Source: Podarcis vaucheri (Eukaryota). Taken from it: a DNA stretch of 64,000 nt. Location of the stretch: assembly GCA_965113315.1 (NCBI GenBank), contig OZ220369.1, one strand, 5' to 3'. The notes beneath the pieces were generated by a model. The model did not search any database, was not told where the DNA came from, and saw only the letters and a program-made list of their open reading frames with translations. Position 1 is the first letter of the stretch, and every line of letters begins with the position of its first letter. The position numbers were made by a program, and so were the translations under genes. Positions 1 to 12,299 of this stretch are shown here, piece by piece.

Positions 1-2073
1 GATGTTAAAAAGCATCGGGGAGAGAATCGCACCCTGAGGCACTCCACACACCAAGGAGTGGCGCGATGACAATTCCCCCCCAAGCGCCACCCTCTGTCCC
101 CGACCGGAGAGAAACGAGCGCAGCCATTGAAGGACTGTGCCCTGGATCCCCACGTCGGCAAGGCGGCGGTCCAGGAGTTCGTGATCGACCATGTCAAAGG
201 CTGCTGACAGGTCTAGAAGAATCAGCAGCCCCGACCCGCCTCGATCCAGCTGCCTGCGGAGATCATCTGTTAGGGCGACCAGAGCCGTCTCGGTCCCATG
301 ACCAGCGCGGAAGCCGGACTGGAATGGGTCGAGAGCAGATGTTTCATCCAGAAACCTACCAAGCTGTTCAGCAACCGCTCTCTCAATCACCTTACCCAGG
401 AATGGAAGATTCGAAACCGGGCGGTAATTGGATAGATCTAAAGGATCTAATGATGTTTTCTTTAAGAGCGGACGCACCACTGCCTCCTTCAGTTCCCCTG
501 GGAATATCCCAGTGCCAAGGGACAAATTGATGATATCACCCAGGGGGGCCCGCACCTCGTCTGGACACGCTCTAATCAGCCAGGACGGGCACGGGTCAAG
601 AGGACAAGTGGTGGGCTTTCCAGCTTGGAGGAGTCTGTCCACATCAGCTGGGGATATCCGGTCAAAGTGGTCCAATACTGGACCCGAGGACAGTCGAGGG
701 GCCTCCAGTTCCTTCATTGTATCCAAATTGGCAGGGAGGTCATGGCGGAGCAACAGGACCTTCTCCGCAAAAGAGCTCGCAAATGCCTCGCAGCTGTGTG
801 CCGAATTGTTATTTAAATTTGGCTGTCCTTCGAGGGACGTTAAAGACCTAATTATACTAAATAATTGCGCCGGGCGAGAGCTAGCGGAGGCAATGGAGGC
901 CGAGAAGTAGGACTTCTTAGCGGCCTTCACTGCCATCTCGTAGGTTTTCATAAAAACCCTATAAGATGTTCTTGAAGCTCCGTCACGGGCACCCCGCCAT
1001 ACTCGCTCTAGCCGTCTGAGGTCCCGCTTCATTTTCCGAAGCTCCTCGGTAAACCAGGGAGCCCGGTTTCTGCGGGGTCGCAGAGGGCGCCTAGGTGCGA
1101 TCTCATCGATGGCTGCCAGGAGCTGGATATTCCAGCCCTCAACAAGCTCAGTCAATGAGTCGCCAGGGGGAGCAAGGTCCCGCAAGGCCTGACGGAATCT
1201 ATCAGGGTCCATCAGCCTCCGCGGGCGAGCCCAAATTGGCTCGCCACCTAAGCAGGGTGGGGGTGGAAAATCAATCCTGGCTTTCAGTGCATAGTGATCA
1301 GACCATGGCACCTTCATCGAGGGAGACATGATCACATCTATACCGGCGCCAAAGATCAAATCCAGCGTGTGGCCTGCTTGATGTGTGGGGCCCGAAACAA
1401 ACTGGGAGAGCCCTAGTGTCGCCATGGAAGACACCAGGTCCAGAGCCTGTGAGGAGGGAGTGGCATCGGCATGGATGTTAAAGTCCCCCAGTACCAATAG
1501 GTTGGGGAACTCCAAGGCCCAGCCGGCCACCGCCTCCAGCAGGCCTGACAGGGTGGCTGCTGGTGCGCTAGGTGGCCGGTACACCAGCCAGACAGCCAAG
1601 CTCTCCTCGGAGCCCCACACTAGGCCAACACATTCAATGCCGGGGATCGATGGCGATGGTAGAGCCCTGAAAGAACAGTCTTCTCGGATTAATAATGCCA
1701 CCCCTCCCCCCCGGCCCACAGTCCGCGACTGGTGGAGGACGGAGAAACCCGGGGGCGCCATCTCTCGTAAGGTAACAGTTTCCCCTTCGCGCACCCAGGT
1801 CTCCGTCACACAAGCCAGGTCGACCCCCTGCGAGGTGAAGAAGTCTCGCAGGGTGGCGGTTTTTTTGCCTATAGACCTGGCATTGCACAACACCAGTGAC
1901 GGAGGTGAGTAATCCTTGCTCACCCTACCTTCGTCCCTCGGGATGGGGCGCAGATTGGAAGGGGTACGAGCATATCCATATCTCGATCCCCTTCGCCTAT
2001 GACATCTGCCCCCACCGCCATACCTCCCTCGCCCCACTACGGTAGCAATCCCAAGCCTCAAACCAACCTCCAT
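1..2073 (-). CDS. LINE ORF2: APE endonuclease plus reverse transcriptase (partial, 691 codons in window)
   Basis: Manual translation from ATG at 2073 (after an in-frame TAA): MEVGLRLGIATVVGRGRYGGGG...LVLCNARSI...CVTETW...YRPP...GDFNIH...LDLIF...WSDH (APE motifs), then NYRPVSNLPFLGKVIE, QSGFRAGHGTETAL, LLDLSAAFDMVDH, GVPQGAILSPMLFNI (RT). The frame is the same at both ends. The ORF track omits it because there is no stop inside the window. Confidence 0.93.
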   Translation of the reverse strand, partial: MEVGLRLGIATVVGRGRYGGGGRCHRRRGSRYGYARTPSNLRPIPRDEGRVSKDYSPPSLVLCNARSIGKKTATLRDFFTSQGVDLACVTETWVREGETVTLREMAPPGFSVLHQSRTVGRGGGVALLIREDCSFRALPSPSIPGIECVGLVWGSEESLAVWLVYRPPSAPAATLSGLLEAVAGWALEFPNLLVLGDFNIHADATPSSQALDLVSSMATLGLSQFVSGPTHQAGHTLDLIFGAGIDVIMSPSMKVPWSDHYALKARIDFPPPPCLGGEPIWARPRRLMDPDRFRQALRDLAPPGDSLTELVEGWNIQLLAAIDEIAPRRPLRPRRNRAPWFTEELRKMKRDLRRLERVWRGARDGASRTSYRVFMKTYEMAVKAAKKSYFSASIASASSRPAQLFSIIRSLTSLEGQPNLNNNSAHSCEAFASSFAEKVLLLRHDLPANLDTMKELEAPRLSSGPVLDHFDRISPADVDRLLQAGKPTTCPLDPCPSWLIRACPDEVRAPLGDIINLSLGTGIFPGELKEAVVRPLLKKTSLDPLDLSNYRPVSNLPFLGKVIERAVAEQLGRFLDETSALDPFQSGFRAGHGTETALVALTDDLRRQLDRGGSGLLILLDLSAAFDMVDHELLDRRLADVGIQGTVLQWLRSFLSGRGQRVALGGELSSRHSLVCGVPQGAILSPMLFNI

Positions 2074-2438
2074 TTACAGAATAGAAACGAGTCAAATCAA
2101 AAACAATTGTACCAACACAACAAATCCCCACCCCGCTCAATAGCCAACCCCAAACCAAAATAAAACAGAACAAAATAGAAATACATCAATAAAAACCACC
2201 GTTCATGGTGGTACAACAAAGTAAAAAGTAAAACCCCCTATAAAACATTTTAAAATATATAAAAACATTTTAAACATTTGCCACGGCAACACCAGTGTCC
2301 TTAAAACAGTAGCGGTGGCGAGTGTGGGCCCCGCCCCCTAGGCCTGAGAGGAGTGTGCCTACAGGAGGGAGCGGCCTTCCTCAACCCCCACGGTGAAGCC
2401 GCAGCAGTGGTGTCCCGGTGCCTCATGAGGCCTCTTAA

Positions 2439-3002
2439 GACAGGAGAGTCCTCCTGGGCAGCAGACGCAGCAGTCCCTGTGAGTCCTTCAGGCCCCGCCC
2501 TGGGCCAGATGGTGAGTGGCAGGGAGGAGCAGGGCCCTCAGACACCCACACAGGAGAGTCCTCCTGGGCAGCAGACGCAGCAGTCCCTGTGAGTCCTTCA
2601 GGCCCCGCCCTGGGCCAGATGGTGAGTGGCAGGGAGGAGCAGGGCCCTCAGACACCCACACAGGAGAGTCCTCCTGGGCAGCAGACGCAGCAGTCCTTAT
2701 GAGGCCTCAGGCCCCGCCCTGGGCCAGGTGGTGAGTGGCAGAGAGGAGCAGGGCCCTCAGACACCCACACAGGAGAGTCCTCCTGGGCAGCAGACGCAGC
2801 AGTCCCTGTGAGTCCTTCAGGCCCCGCCCTGGGCCAGATGGTGAGTGGCAGGGAGGAGCAGGGCCCTCAGACACCCACACAGGAGAGTCCTCCTGGGCAG
2901 CAGACGCAGCAGTCCCTGTGAGTCCTTCAGGCCCCGCCCTGGGCCAGATGGTGAGTGGCAGGGAGGAGCAGGGCCCTCAGACACCCACACAGGAGAGTCC
3001 TC
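2439..3002. repeat. Tandem array of about 5.1 x 110-bp monomers forming the LINE 5' UTR
   Basis: CAGGAGAGTCCTC recurs at 2441, 2551, 2661, 2770, 2880 and 2990. Units are near-identical and each carries a GC-box (GGGCGGGGC on the minus strand). Confidence 0.95.
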
Positions 3003-3536
3003 ATTAATTAATTAATAAATTAATAAACACATCTAACATGAGTCCATTAATTTTAATGGGTCTACTCTAAATAAAACTTAGCTGAATATAAACTCTCCTA
3101 TTAGTGGTCGTGCTATCATTCTTGGAAAACTTTGATAACAATTTGTTTTATCTTTTTTTTAAATGCCAAATGCTTGGACAATACGTTTTAAACTGTTGCC
3201 AAAAAAGCTAACAAAGCAGGCACCAAGAAAAACATGCCAGGAAGGCATTTGAAATTCTGGATGCTGCCACCACTCCAAAGGCCCTATCCAGAGGAGCCAT
3301 GCCTCAAAGGGTGGGACACCTGGCTTAGAATTAGAAGGAACAGGAGACAATATTCCCTGAGTTGAGGCAGGGAAAATATTTATCAGCTTGTTAAAAAGGC
3401 TTGAGATTCTGAGGAACACCAGGTATAATGCTGAAGTATGTCAAAGGTTCACAAGGATGCAACATACACAAACATGACTGGTTTCACCTCCCACTCTGTG
3501 GCAATTGCAAATATGGCTTTATGTCAAAGGTTAATA

Positions 3537-3825
3537 CAGTGGTGCCTCGCAAGACGAAATTAATCCGTTCCGCGAGTCTCTTCATCTTGCAGTTTTTTCG
3601 TCTTGCGAAGCACGACTATTAGCGGCTTAGCGGCTATTAGCGGCTATTAACGGCTTAGCGGCTTAAAGAAAAAGGAAACAAACTCGCAAGAACTTGCAAG
3701 ACGTTTCGTCTTGCGAAGCAAGCCCATAGGGAAATTCGTCTTGCAGAACGACTCAAAAAACAGAAAACTCTTTCGTCTAGCGAGTTTTTCGTCTTGCGAG
3801 GCATTCGTCTTGCGGGGCACCACTG
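3537..3825. mobile_element. Tc1/mariner-pogo (Tigger-like) non-autonomous MITE
   Basis: TIRs CAGTGGTGCCTCGCAAGACGAA / TTCGTCTTGCGGGGCACCACTG flanked by TA. A second copy in the opposite orientation is at 56839-57155. Confidence 0.88.
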
Positions 3826-6539
3826 TATGTCCCACAACCACTGTTGTAGTTCTGGAGGAACCCTAAAGGTTCATACCAGAGGATGAGGTGATGGCCACTA
3901 ATTGAAATGGGACTCTTAAATGGATGATACAATTGCACAGAGCAAGGTCAGCCAATGCAATGCCCTCCAGCTGTTGCTGGATTCAAACTCCCATCAGCCT
4001 CAGCCAGTGTGACCATGGTCAGGGATGATGGAAGCTACAGCAGCCGGAGGGCACCATGTTGGCGACTCCTGGCATAGAGGATAGACCCATTATTTACAAA
4101 CATAATAGAATGAAAATAAAATGGCTGTGAGCCACAAAAGCTGAATGGAACTCTCATGGACAGAGACAGTCTACCTTTGAATACCAGGAGCTGACTGAGC
4201 TCAAACACAACAAGAGAGAGGAGGTGACTGTCATGCTGCGGATGTCCAAAACATGCTGGAATAGGTTGTTTCGGTCTAGTAACACAATAACCATGTTAAC
4301 AGGAAAAATATGAATATTAAATGCTCCAAAATTAAATACTTTCACTCACGGTACTTCTGAAGCAAATCCAAATAACAACTGCAAAAAGCCTAAATTACAT
4401 AAGAGAAACTATGTTGTATAAAACTAAGTCCCACTCAAAGAAGAACCAATGAAATGAATGGACATAACATAGTCATGTCCATTCATTCCCATGGGTCAAC
4501 ACTGGGTACAACCCACCAGCTATGAAAAATTCTAGTCCTCATGAATTTGGAACAAGCCTCCCCAATTGCCCTGTCTCCCCAGAGAAACAGCAACTGATCC
4601 AGTGCAATATTTGACTGATCTGGACCCACGTCTACCCTGAATCCATCTCAATCCTGGGAGAAAGCCAAGAATCACTCTGTGAAGATGCATGGTATGTTAA
4701 AGTCATCCCTAATTGGGCTTGAGCAATTTTAACCTCGCCACAAGGTTTGCCACAAGGAACATCCAGCATCACATTACCAGAGTAGGATAAAACCATCAGA
4801 TATACAGCCACAAAAATGGCATTAGCAAACAAGTTTTTAAAAGTTTTAACAGCAGGGTTGGGGAGAAGCCTCAAGTTAATTTGAACTCATCAGGATACTG
4901 TGCAGACTTCTCTTTGAAAGTTTCTTGTGTCATTCTCCAAAACAAACAAACCAAGTCAAAGCTAAGAGAAAACACCATTAATATACCTGAACGTGATTTT
5001 AGAGATCAGCTAAAAACAAATAGCAAAGCTGCTGCACACACAGAAAAATTTACGGACATGCTGGCACACAGCAATTGGAAAATCAATGTATTGGAAAGAA
5101 ACAGTGATCTGCCCCTGGATCACAGCGTACTGTCACATCAATTCATGCTGTACATCTGTGTTTGGTTCTAGAAGCTCAAAAAAGAAGAAGAAGAAAAAGG
5201 ATGGTCATTGGGTTCACCCAAGCTATCCAACAGGCTAACTTTACCATTATGATCCCAACCATCACCAAATGTCAACAGGAGCACTTGCTCTGACCGAGGT
5301 TTAATGTGCAGATTGCAAAACTGGCATGCCACCTTTTTCTGTGGAATTCAAAATGGCACAAACAAGGTTCCTGCTCCCACCTAATTTCAACAAGGGTGCC
5401 TACAGATTATGCCCAGGCACCAAATCACTCCAACATTCTGCTTTCCTAATGCCAAAAATTGCCCACACAGAACAGGAATGGGTTTGAAAGCACGCAAATG
5501 ACAGTGAGAAGGTGCAGTGTGACCTGATAGAATGAATCAGTGGAAGTACAATCTTAAGATTATGCTGCCATGGAGCCATATCGAAACACAACATGCACTG
5601 GGGGTAACAGGGGCATCGGAAAGTGGGAATTCTTAATATGATCTCCTGTAATAGTTGGCATGTGCCCTGCTAAACAAAATTCAATATTCTGAGCTAAGGA
5701 AAGCCAAATCAGTACCCCCATCAATGCTAAGCAGGTATTTGAGTACACTGCACACTTTATTCTGCTACTGTGGTTCAAAACTGTATTAAAATAATTTGCA
5801 GTATGTGGAATAAAGTGATGACAGAGGAGCACTGAGGCAAAGTAGGTGGGAATGCAGAGTTGCAACAGTACAGAGAGGTGTTGACTGGAGATGGTCAAGC
5901 AAGACACTGCTCAACCCAAGACCCAATTCCAGACAAGCTGAAGGTCCACTAGTTTTCCTTACCAACTTTCAGTGGGTGCTGCTCCTATACATATATTGCC
6001 ATGGTAAGTTCTTGGGAGACCTACCAACTTGTATGGTTTTTCAGCGGCCAGGTCCCATACTCACCCAGAAAACATACAGTTCTGCCCATAACAGGCCAGG
6101 TCTGTCCCTTCAAAGAAGGCGCTCCTGACTAGAGAGCAGGAGGAAAATGAACAGCCATCAAAGCCAACTGTCAACTTCCCATTGAATCCTCCTGGCCTGC
6201 TCCCAACACATAAATTAGCAAAATTGCATACTTCACTGAGATCAGAGGAGGCCCTTGCCAAAGACCCACCAGAACATAAATCCTTAGTTGTAGTTATTCA
6301 ATAGCAGACAGGACCCTTTTAACCCTTTAACATCACATGTACTGGACTTGCTTCAGCAACCTCTATGGCAATGCAGGGACGTGGCACAGATGCCTTTATT
6401 TACAATATTCATTTCAATGGGCCACTTTTCAGTTTGTGGCCTGCAGAGCCCCCTGGGTTCTTTAAAAGCCTGCCATGTCTTCTTCCAAATGATACAGTCA
6501 GGAATGACAAAACAAGCGTCATCCACTTCCAACTTTGCC

Positions 6540-6543
<4 letters not shown>

Positions 6544-6581
<38 letters not shown>
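6544..6581. repeat. (TG)n(CG)n microsatellite
   Basis: Read directly from the sequence. Confidence 0.9.
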
Positions 6582-6582
<1 letters not shown>

Positions 6583-7529
6583 TTGGGGGGGGGCTTTCTA
6601 GGGCCCCGTCTCAGCTGGGGGGGCAGGAGTGTCCAAAGCCCCCACAAATCTGTTATACCCACACACCACCATAGTATTCTTTTGGAATCCTCTGCAAGTC
6701 AAAAAGTCATCCAAAAAGTCAACATGGAAACAGATCTCCAAGGACTGAAAACGCAACGGCCGTGGTGGCCCACCGCTGTCTTGCCCAAGTTCACGGTTAT
6801 GTGGCCTTAATTGCCCGAGTTGCCCACCCTGAGCAGACATTCCTCAGGCATCCAGCCTTTCCACTGCCTTAACAGCAAAGCCACCATGTTTGGGGTTGTT
6901 TTTTTTTTTTTTAGGAAGCAGAGTTGCTTATGGGCAGCTCCGCTTGCTGATGGGGCTTTGCAGAAAAGGAGGAGGGTCTCTTGCTCTCGTCACCTGCCTG
7001 CCAAAACAAGCAAGACTGGCTGTCAAAGCAAGTCCCGTCCCTCCTCCAAAGCAGCCAATGGCTACGGATCTATGACCCCTCCTCCTCCTCCCTGAACCCT
7101 TCCCCAGCACTGCCTCTGAGAGGCCCAAATATTTCCCTGCAGGCGCCACAGGCAAAAGCAGCACAGGCTGGCTCTGATACCGCAACTAGCCAAGAGACAG
7201 AGAGACAGAGAGAGATTACAAGTGCAATTTTCAACTGCCTAAGGAGGAGGAGGAGAGAGATGGGGTAAAGAAGACAGGTTTGCATGGCTTCTACATTTGA
7301 TCTTCTCTCCCCCCCCCCCAAAGAACATGCAATCCTGAGCACCGATTTCCATGCATTTCAATAAACGGAGACAGCTGCGTCTACAAGAGATCATGCAATA
7401 ATTCAGGCAAGTAAGGACTCCGCCAGAGGGGGGGAAATTGCCGAAAGCACTGTGACAGCAGGCAAAAAAGGAAAAGGAAAACCCCTGCATCACTCCCGAG
7501 GAGGCAAGGCCAGAGTGCTGTCAGCCTAC

Positions 7530-7555
7530 CTGAAGGGGCCGAGAGGATCATCCAT
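7530..7555 (-). CDS. RERE: Probable alternative first coding exon of RERE (MDDPLGPFR), giving a BAH-less isoform
   Basis: GCA-ATG-G in strong Kozak context, then ATG GAT GAT CCT CTC GGC CCC TTC AG|GTAGGC donor. It ends in phase 2, the same as the upstream canonical exon. It lies just downstream of a CpG-retaining, repeat-free segment and resembles a human RERE isoform N-terminus recalled as MDDPFSPCR (from memory, unverified). Confidence 0.65.
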
Positions 7556-7689
7556 TGCTCTGGTGGGTGCAGCTGTTTCCCCTGACCTTGCCACTCCAAA
7601 AAAAGGAAAGGAAAAAAGAACAGAAAAGTCTGCCTGGCTTTCCCTACTCTAACTCCTCAAAATGGAGGCCCATGCAGTCTCAGATAGAC

Positions 7690-8060
7690 CTGAGCGAGCT
7701 TCCACTGAGCTTGTGCTATGACCTAAGCCTGCACGCAGAACGCAGAAACTTCGCCCTCAGACTGACAGCACTGAGCATGTGCTGTGACCCCCCCTCCCTC
7801 GTCCACATGACGCAATCAATCTCAGACCCTGCCGTTTCCGTAAATAAAGCCCAGCCAACAGGCACGGCGGGCTGCCGTCGCCACAGCAGCTTCAGCTTCG
7901 CCCTAGCAAGCTAGTGTGCAGGGAAGAGGGGCCTCCGCGAGGGAATCTGAGACTAGCAACACGCAGGAGAAACCAGGCAGTTCCAATGCCAGCATTTTTT
8001 TCCATTTGCCGTTTGCCTCTATGCTGCTGCGCCTATAAGTTGGAATGAACGCCGAGAGGG
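7690..8060 (-). promoter_or_regulatory. Candidate internal promoter / 5' UTR of the short RERE isoform
   Basis: CpG-retaining, TE-free segment directly upstream (minus strand) of the 7530-7555 exon. It contains ATGACGCAAT, a CRE/CEBP-like hybrid site, at 7807-7816. Confidence 0.4.
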
Positions 8061-11000
8061 ATGGGGGGGGGTTAACAGGGGGGCTTTGGGTCCAATTTCT
8101 ACAGCAGCATATTTTTTTTAAAAAAAGAGACCGCTTAGTAGAATTAAAACAAAAGGGTCATTTTAAAGTAAAACTGTGGCATCCGTGTGCAACCCCTTAG
8201 AGACAAAGCCACATTTGCAATATTCTACAGCACGAATACCAAAACGCAGAACCCTCAGAAGAAGCTGACATTTAATTACGTGCATTTCTCCAAAGCATTT
8301 TTATGTGTGTGTGTACACACACACACACGCACACACACACGCGCACACACGCACACAGTCCTCAGGCCATTATTTCTATGTTCAAGTCACTATCCCCATC
8401 AATTCTTTCAAAGGGCCTTGATTCAAGTTTCTTGGTCACACTGAAATGTGACAGAATGTTGGCTGCAGCAGCAAGTGACTGATGAAAATATTCTGCTTCG
8501 TTCAAAATTAGGGTCCTGATTAATGACACCACCCATACACAAACACTACCGGCCCTAATCCCAATCTTTGGAGCTCCATGCGTTAGCTGATCTCAAAAGT
8601 GATAGCGATTTGCTCCCTTTCAAGGTAGGCAGCCTCTTCCAAGCCATCTCAGTTTCTGCATAGTGCAGCTGCTAGCAGCTAAAATATTTGCTCTGATCAT
8701 AAGACAAGCCTGTTGACACCCCCACAGTCAAACTGAGTCTGGGCTACGTCAGGGCCAGGATGGTTGTGCCAAGATCCAGCCTAGAAGTGCAAATTCCAGA
8801 GGTGAGCTGTGCTAGTTTAAGCCAGAGCCAAAATCTGAGGAAGCAGAAGGCACAGTGAGAGGGAGGGAGAAAAGGCCAGCCTCCTCCCATTTATTTGTTT
8901 GTTGATCAATCAATCAATCAATTAATCAATTTGCTAGCTGGCTTTAAAAAGTACTGCATTTCCCCAAGATGGCATGCATCATCCGGTGAGATCAAGTTTT
9001 AAAACACATGCAATATTAAAGTAATAAATACTGTAATAATTCAGTAGAAAACAATAATATAATACTATTAGTTGCTCCAGGTGATATCCAATGTTAATCA
9101 GAGTAGACCCATAGAAAGGAATGGGCATGACTAAATTATGCACAGTAAATTTCAATGGGTCTACAAGTAGCGCCTCTCACAAAAAAGAAGAGCTCCTTGT
9201 TATGCCTTTCTGCACCACACCCAAAGTCTTGCTTGTTACCGTAAGAACAATACTAGATTAGTACCACACACCTCAGTTGGTAGAGCATGAGACTCTTAAA
9301 GGGCAGCTCGTTAATATCACGCTGCAGATACCATCCTATCAGGAGGTCCATCCTGCACGACACTGGAGTCGGACCTTTTGTGTGGTGGCACCTATCCTTT
9401 CAAACTCCCTTCCACTGCATATCAGACAGAGAGGTCATCTCTATTGTTTTTTCGGTGTCTGCTAAGGACACTCCTCTTTCATCACACCTCCTAAATGCTT
9501 TAGCCCAGTTGGTTTTTGTACTGTTGCTATTGTTTTAAGTTGTTTTAAGATTTAAAATTGTGCTCTCTCGACACACACACACACAGAGAGAGAAAGAGAG
9601 AGAGAGAAAGAAAGAGAGGAGAGTTGACTCTGTGACTCCTCCAACAGGAGACATGCGCTCTTGCTTTATGAAAAGGAGCCATTTGCCATCATCTGTTGCA
9701 CAGATTTTTGTCTCAGAAATGGCACAACCACCACCAAGTCTTCCAAAAGGCACAAATTACCGAGAGTGAGACGGTGAGTAATACAGCAGCCCTGATGTTC
9801 CCCCTCCCTTAACAAACTCTGCTCAGCAGGTCTTATGTTAAAGCAAAGATATATACAAGACTCAAACTTGCTTCCATTTTATGTTGTGGGGTCTCTTGGG
9901 AGAGCAGCGAGCTCATCAATAACACCGCTACTCAGGCAAGGAGGGATTTTCAGATGTGTGTGTGTGTGATTGCGGGCACTTTCCTTTTTAGCAAAAAATC
10001 TAGTCCATTATTATAGCACAGGCTTCCTTTCTGCACCCTGGCAGGAATTTTAGTACAACATAAAGAAGAAACAAGAATCTGGCTGCTTTGGGGAGAGGAG
10101 GAGACAGCTAGATTTGCAACATGCTGAGTTATCTCTCGTGAGGTTCTAGCAAAACACCCAAGAAAACCCACATACAAACTTAGCACTCACATGAGCATTC
10201 ACATGAGACTCTACAACTACAGAAGCTTTGCCTGAAGAGGAGCTTGAAGACAATCTCTGCATGCATGCAAGCCAATGTATCAGCCACAAGAATCAATCAC
10301 TTGGTATCAGCTCAATAATTCAATGTGCAACTATCCACTTTACAAATGTGGAATGGAGGTCAAAGGAGAGCTGTACACTAAAGGACACCCACTGAGGGGC
10401 TGATATAAAAGTTCACTCTGTATCACGACTGCCACCACAGGCCATCTGAACAGTTGAGCCTCCCAAGAATATACCTTTAAAAAGATTGATGGCACCAATA
10501 CATAAACCACACAGTCCTGCTGACCCAATCCTAGCCATTATTGCAGCCACCCAGGGTGGGACTTGGCAACACCAGCACTGTCGAAACAAACGCCTGAATC
10601 AATTCTGAGTTTACGTCACAGGATCACAAACACACACATATCAATGCCTTGAAGACTGAGAGGGCTCTGTTAAAATATTCAGAAATCTACTATTGGGCAG
10701 CAATTAGCAGGTGCTTACCCAGTTAAGCAGCTCAAGAGACTGAACTGGAATCCAGACAACTCGCTGCAGTTTTGGATCCATAGCTGGATCATCAATCAAT
10801 GGAATGGGGTAGGGGAGAGAGTCCCACAAGATCAATAATGGAACCTGAATTTGGGTGTGTGGTCACTGGTCAGTAAGAAAGCACATGGCTTGTATGCCAA
10901 AGGCATCTCCAAATTAAAGGATCAAAGACAAAAGGATAGCAAAAAACCTGCTACCAGAGTAGTCAACACCAGGCAAGTGCCTTATAAACCAAGGCCAAAT

Positions 11001-11313
11001 GTGATTCCAGTATTATATTAGCTAGAAGCCCTTGGTGAACAAATGTCTCTTTATAATGGGAAAAATAAACCCAGAGCATGTGAATGAACAGGCTAAGTAC
11101 TGTATCAGTAAAGCACAACATTTAAAAAATATGCAGAATTATACCTATTAAGGTAAAAAGCAGAGCGCTCACCATGCCTCTGGGAGGGTAGCAAAGAACT
11201 AAACAGGAGAGCACAGCCTCTCCTGTATCCTCCACCTCAGTAAGAGACCTTGTATAGCCCTACAGAAAAGCATATGCTACGAATTCTTAGTAGATGGAAG
11301 GCAAACAACTCAC

Positions 11314-11418
11314 CTTGTCTCTGGATTGTAGCCCAGAATGTAGAAAAAGGAATCCACCCGGGCTTTAAATTCTCTAGCAGCAAATATGTCAGAGAAATGG
11401 GAGATATTACACTTTCCC
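11314..11418 (-). CDS. RERE: RERE coding exon (105 bp), end of the BAH domain: (R)[34 protein letters not shown](R)
   Basis: AG acceptor at 11420-11419 and GTGAGT donor. The translation matches vertebrate RERE and the phases fit the neighbouring exon. Confidence 0.97.
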
Positions 11419-11832
11419 CTGCAAGACAGAGAGAAAAAGGGGCATTAGATCAGGTTATCTACATGGATGACGGCTTATATAATTAAAGGAAAAACCAAGA
11501 CCTCTTGTTGGTATTGATAAATGCAACTGGCCTGCTTTTTCCTCCTCTGGTGCTGTTACCACTGAACATAGTTAAAGAAATAGAAGACTACATGCATCTT
11601 CTGACATATTGAACAAGCTGAATATAATCCCATATTAAGTGAAAACAATTGCGGGAAACCAGGATTGAACATATTTTCCTTCTTAAAATACTTTATCTTA
11701 GCAAGTATGATACTGGGGAGGGTTGTCTGGAGTTACTGAGACCATTTGCCTTGATTCTCAGAGATGCTTAAAATAAAAGAATATCATGATATATTTTATT
11801 AGGTTTCTAGTCTTCATGGTAGGACTCTACAA

Positions 11833-11970
11833 CAGGAGTGGGGAACATGTGGTCCTTCTCTAGATGTTGTTGGGACTACAATTCCCATCAATCCCAGTCA
11901 TCATGGTCAGTGGTCAGGGATGGATTTGTAGTCCAGCAAGAACTGGAGGGCCACAAATTCCCCTTTCCGG
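11833..11970. mobile_element. Short palindromic hAT-type MITE
   Basis: Hairpin-like element (ggtcc..agatgttg..gactaca / tgtagtcc..ctggagggccaca) with a degraded 8-bp TSD ctctacaa/ccctacag. Related copies lie near 3945-4070, 20905-21042 and 23545-23670. Confidence 0.6.
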
Positions 11971-12299
11971 CCCTACAGAAACAGTTCTCAAACATAGGTC
12001 ACTGTGAGCCTTCCAAATTCAAGAGGAGCTATTCAAGCCTGTTCAACTGAAGATCAGTTCCTAATGGTCCTTTGTGTCCAAGGATGTGGAAAAGCATTAA
12101 AAACAAACAAAGTAAGAGCAGAACTTGGAATCTGCACATTAAATGAGGAGACCCTAGGTACACCAAATACAGAACTCTAAAAATAAAAAAGACAAAATGT
12201 GGCTGAAGCCGCTGAAACTCTATACAGGAACATCGGCTATTGTACCAATATTAGATACTGTCAAATTATCAATGAGCTTACTTCCAGCTATCAATGTCT

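Larger units (their letters stand above)
1..3002 (-). mobile_element. Young L2-clade LINE (5' part; continues past the left window edge)
   Basis: Open EN-RT reading frame at 2073->1, preceded by an AT-rich spacer and a 110-bp tandem monomer array ending at 3002. High GC with CpGs retained, unlike the flanks. Confidence 0.92.

Noticed and set aside
66-1912. Plus-strand ORFs of 150-175 aa (66-530, 428-910, 1385-1912)
   Set aside because: They are antisense shadows of the GC-rich LINE ORF2 on the minus strand.
2353-3007. Repetitive short ORFs and a CRISPR-like look of the array
   Set aside because: These are products of the 110-bp tandem repeat. There are no unique spacers, the context is eukaryotic, and the unit length is not a multiple of 3.
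3159-3419. ORF containing STQG, considered as the next RERE exon (RLNSTQGEIRVG)
   Set aside because: Surrounding residues do not match and there are no suitable splice sites. That exon was not found in the window.
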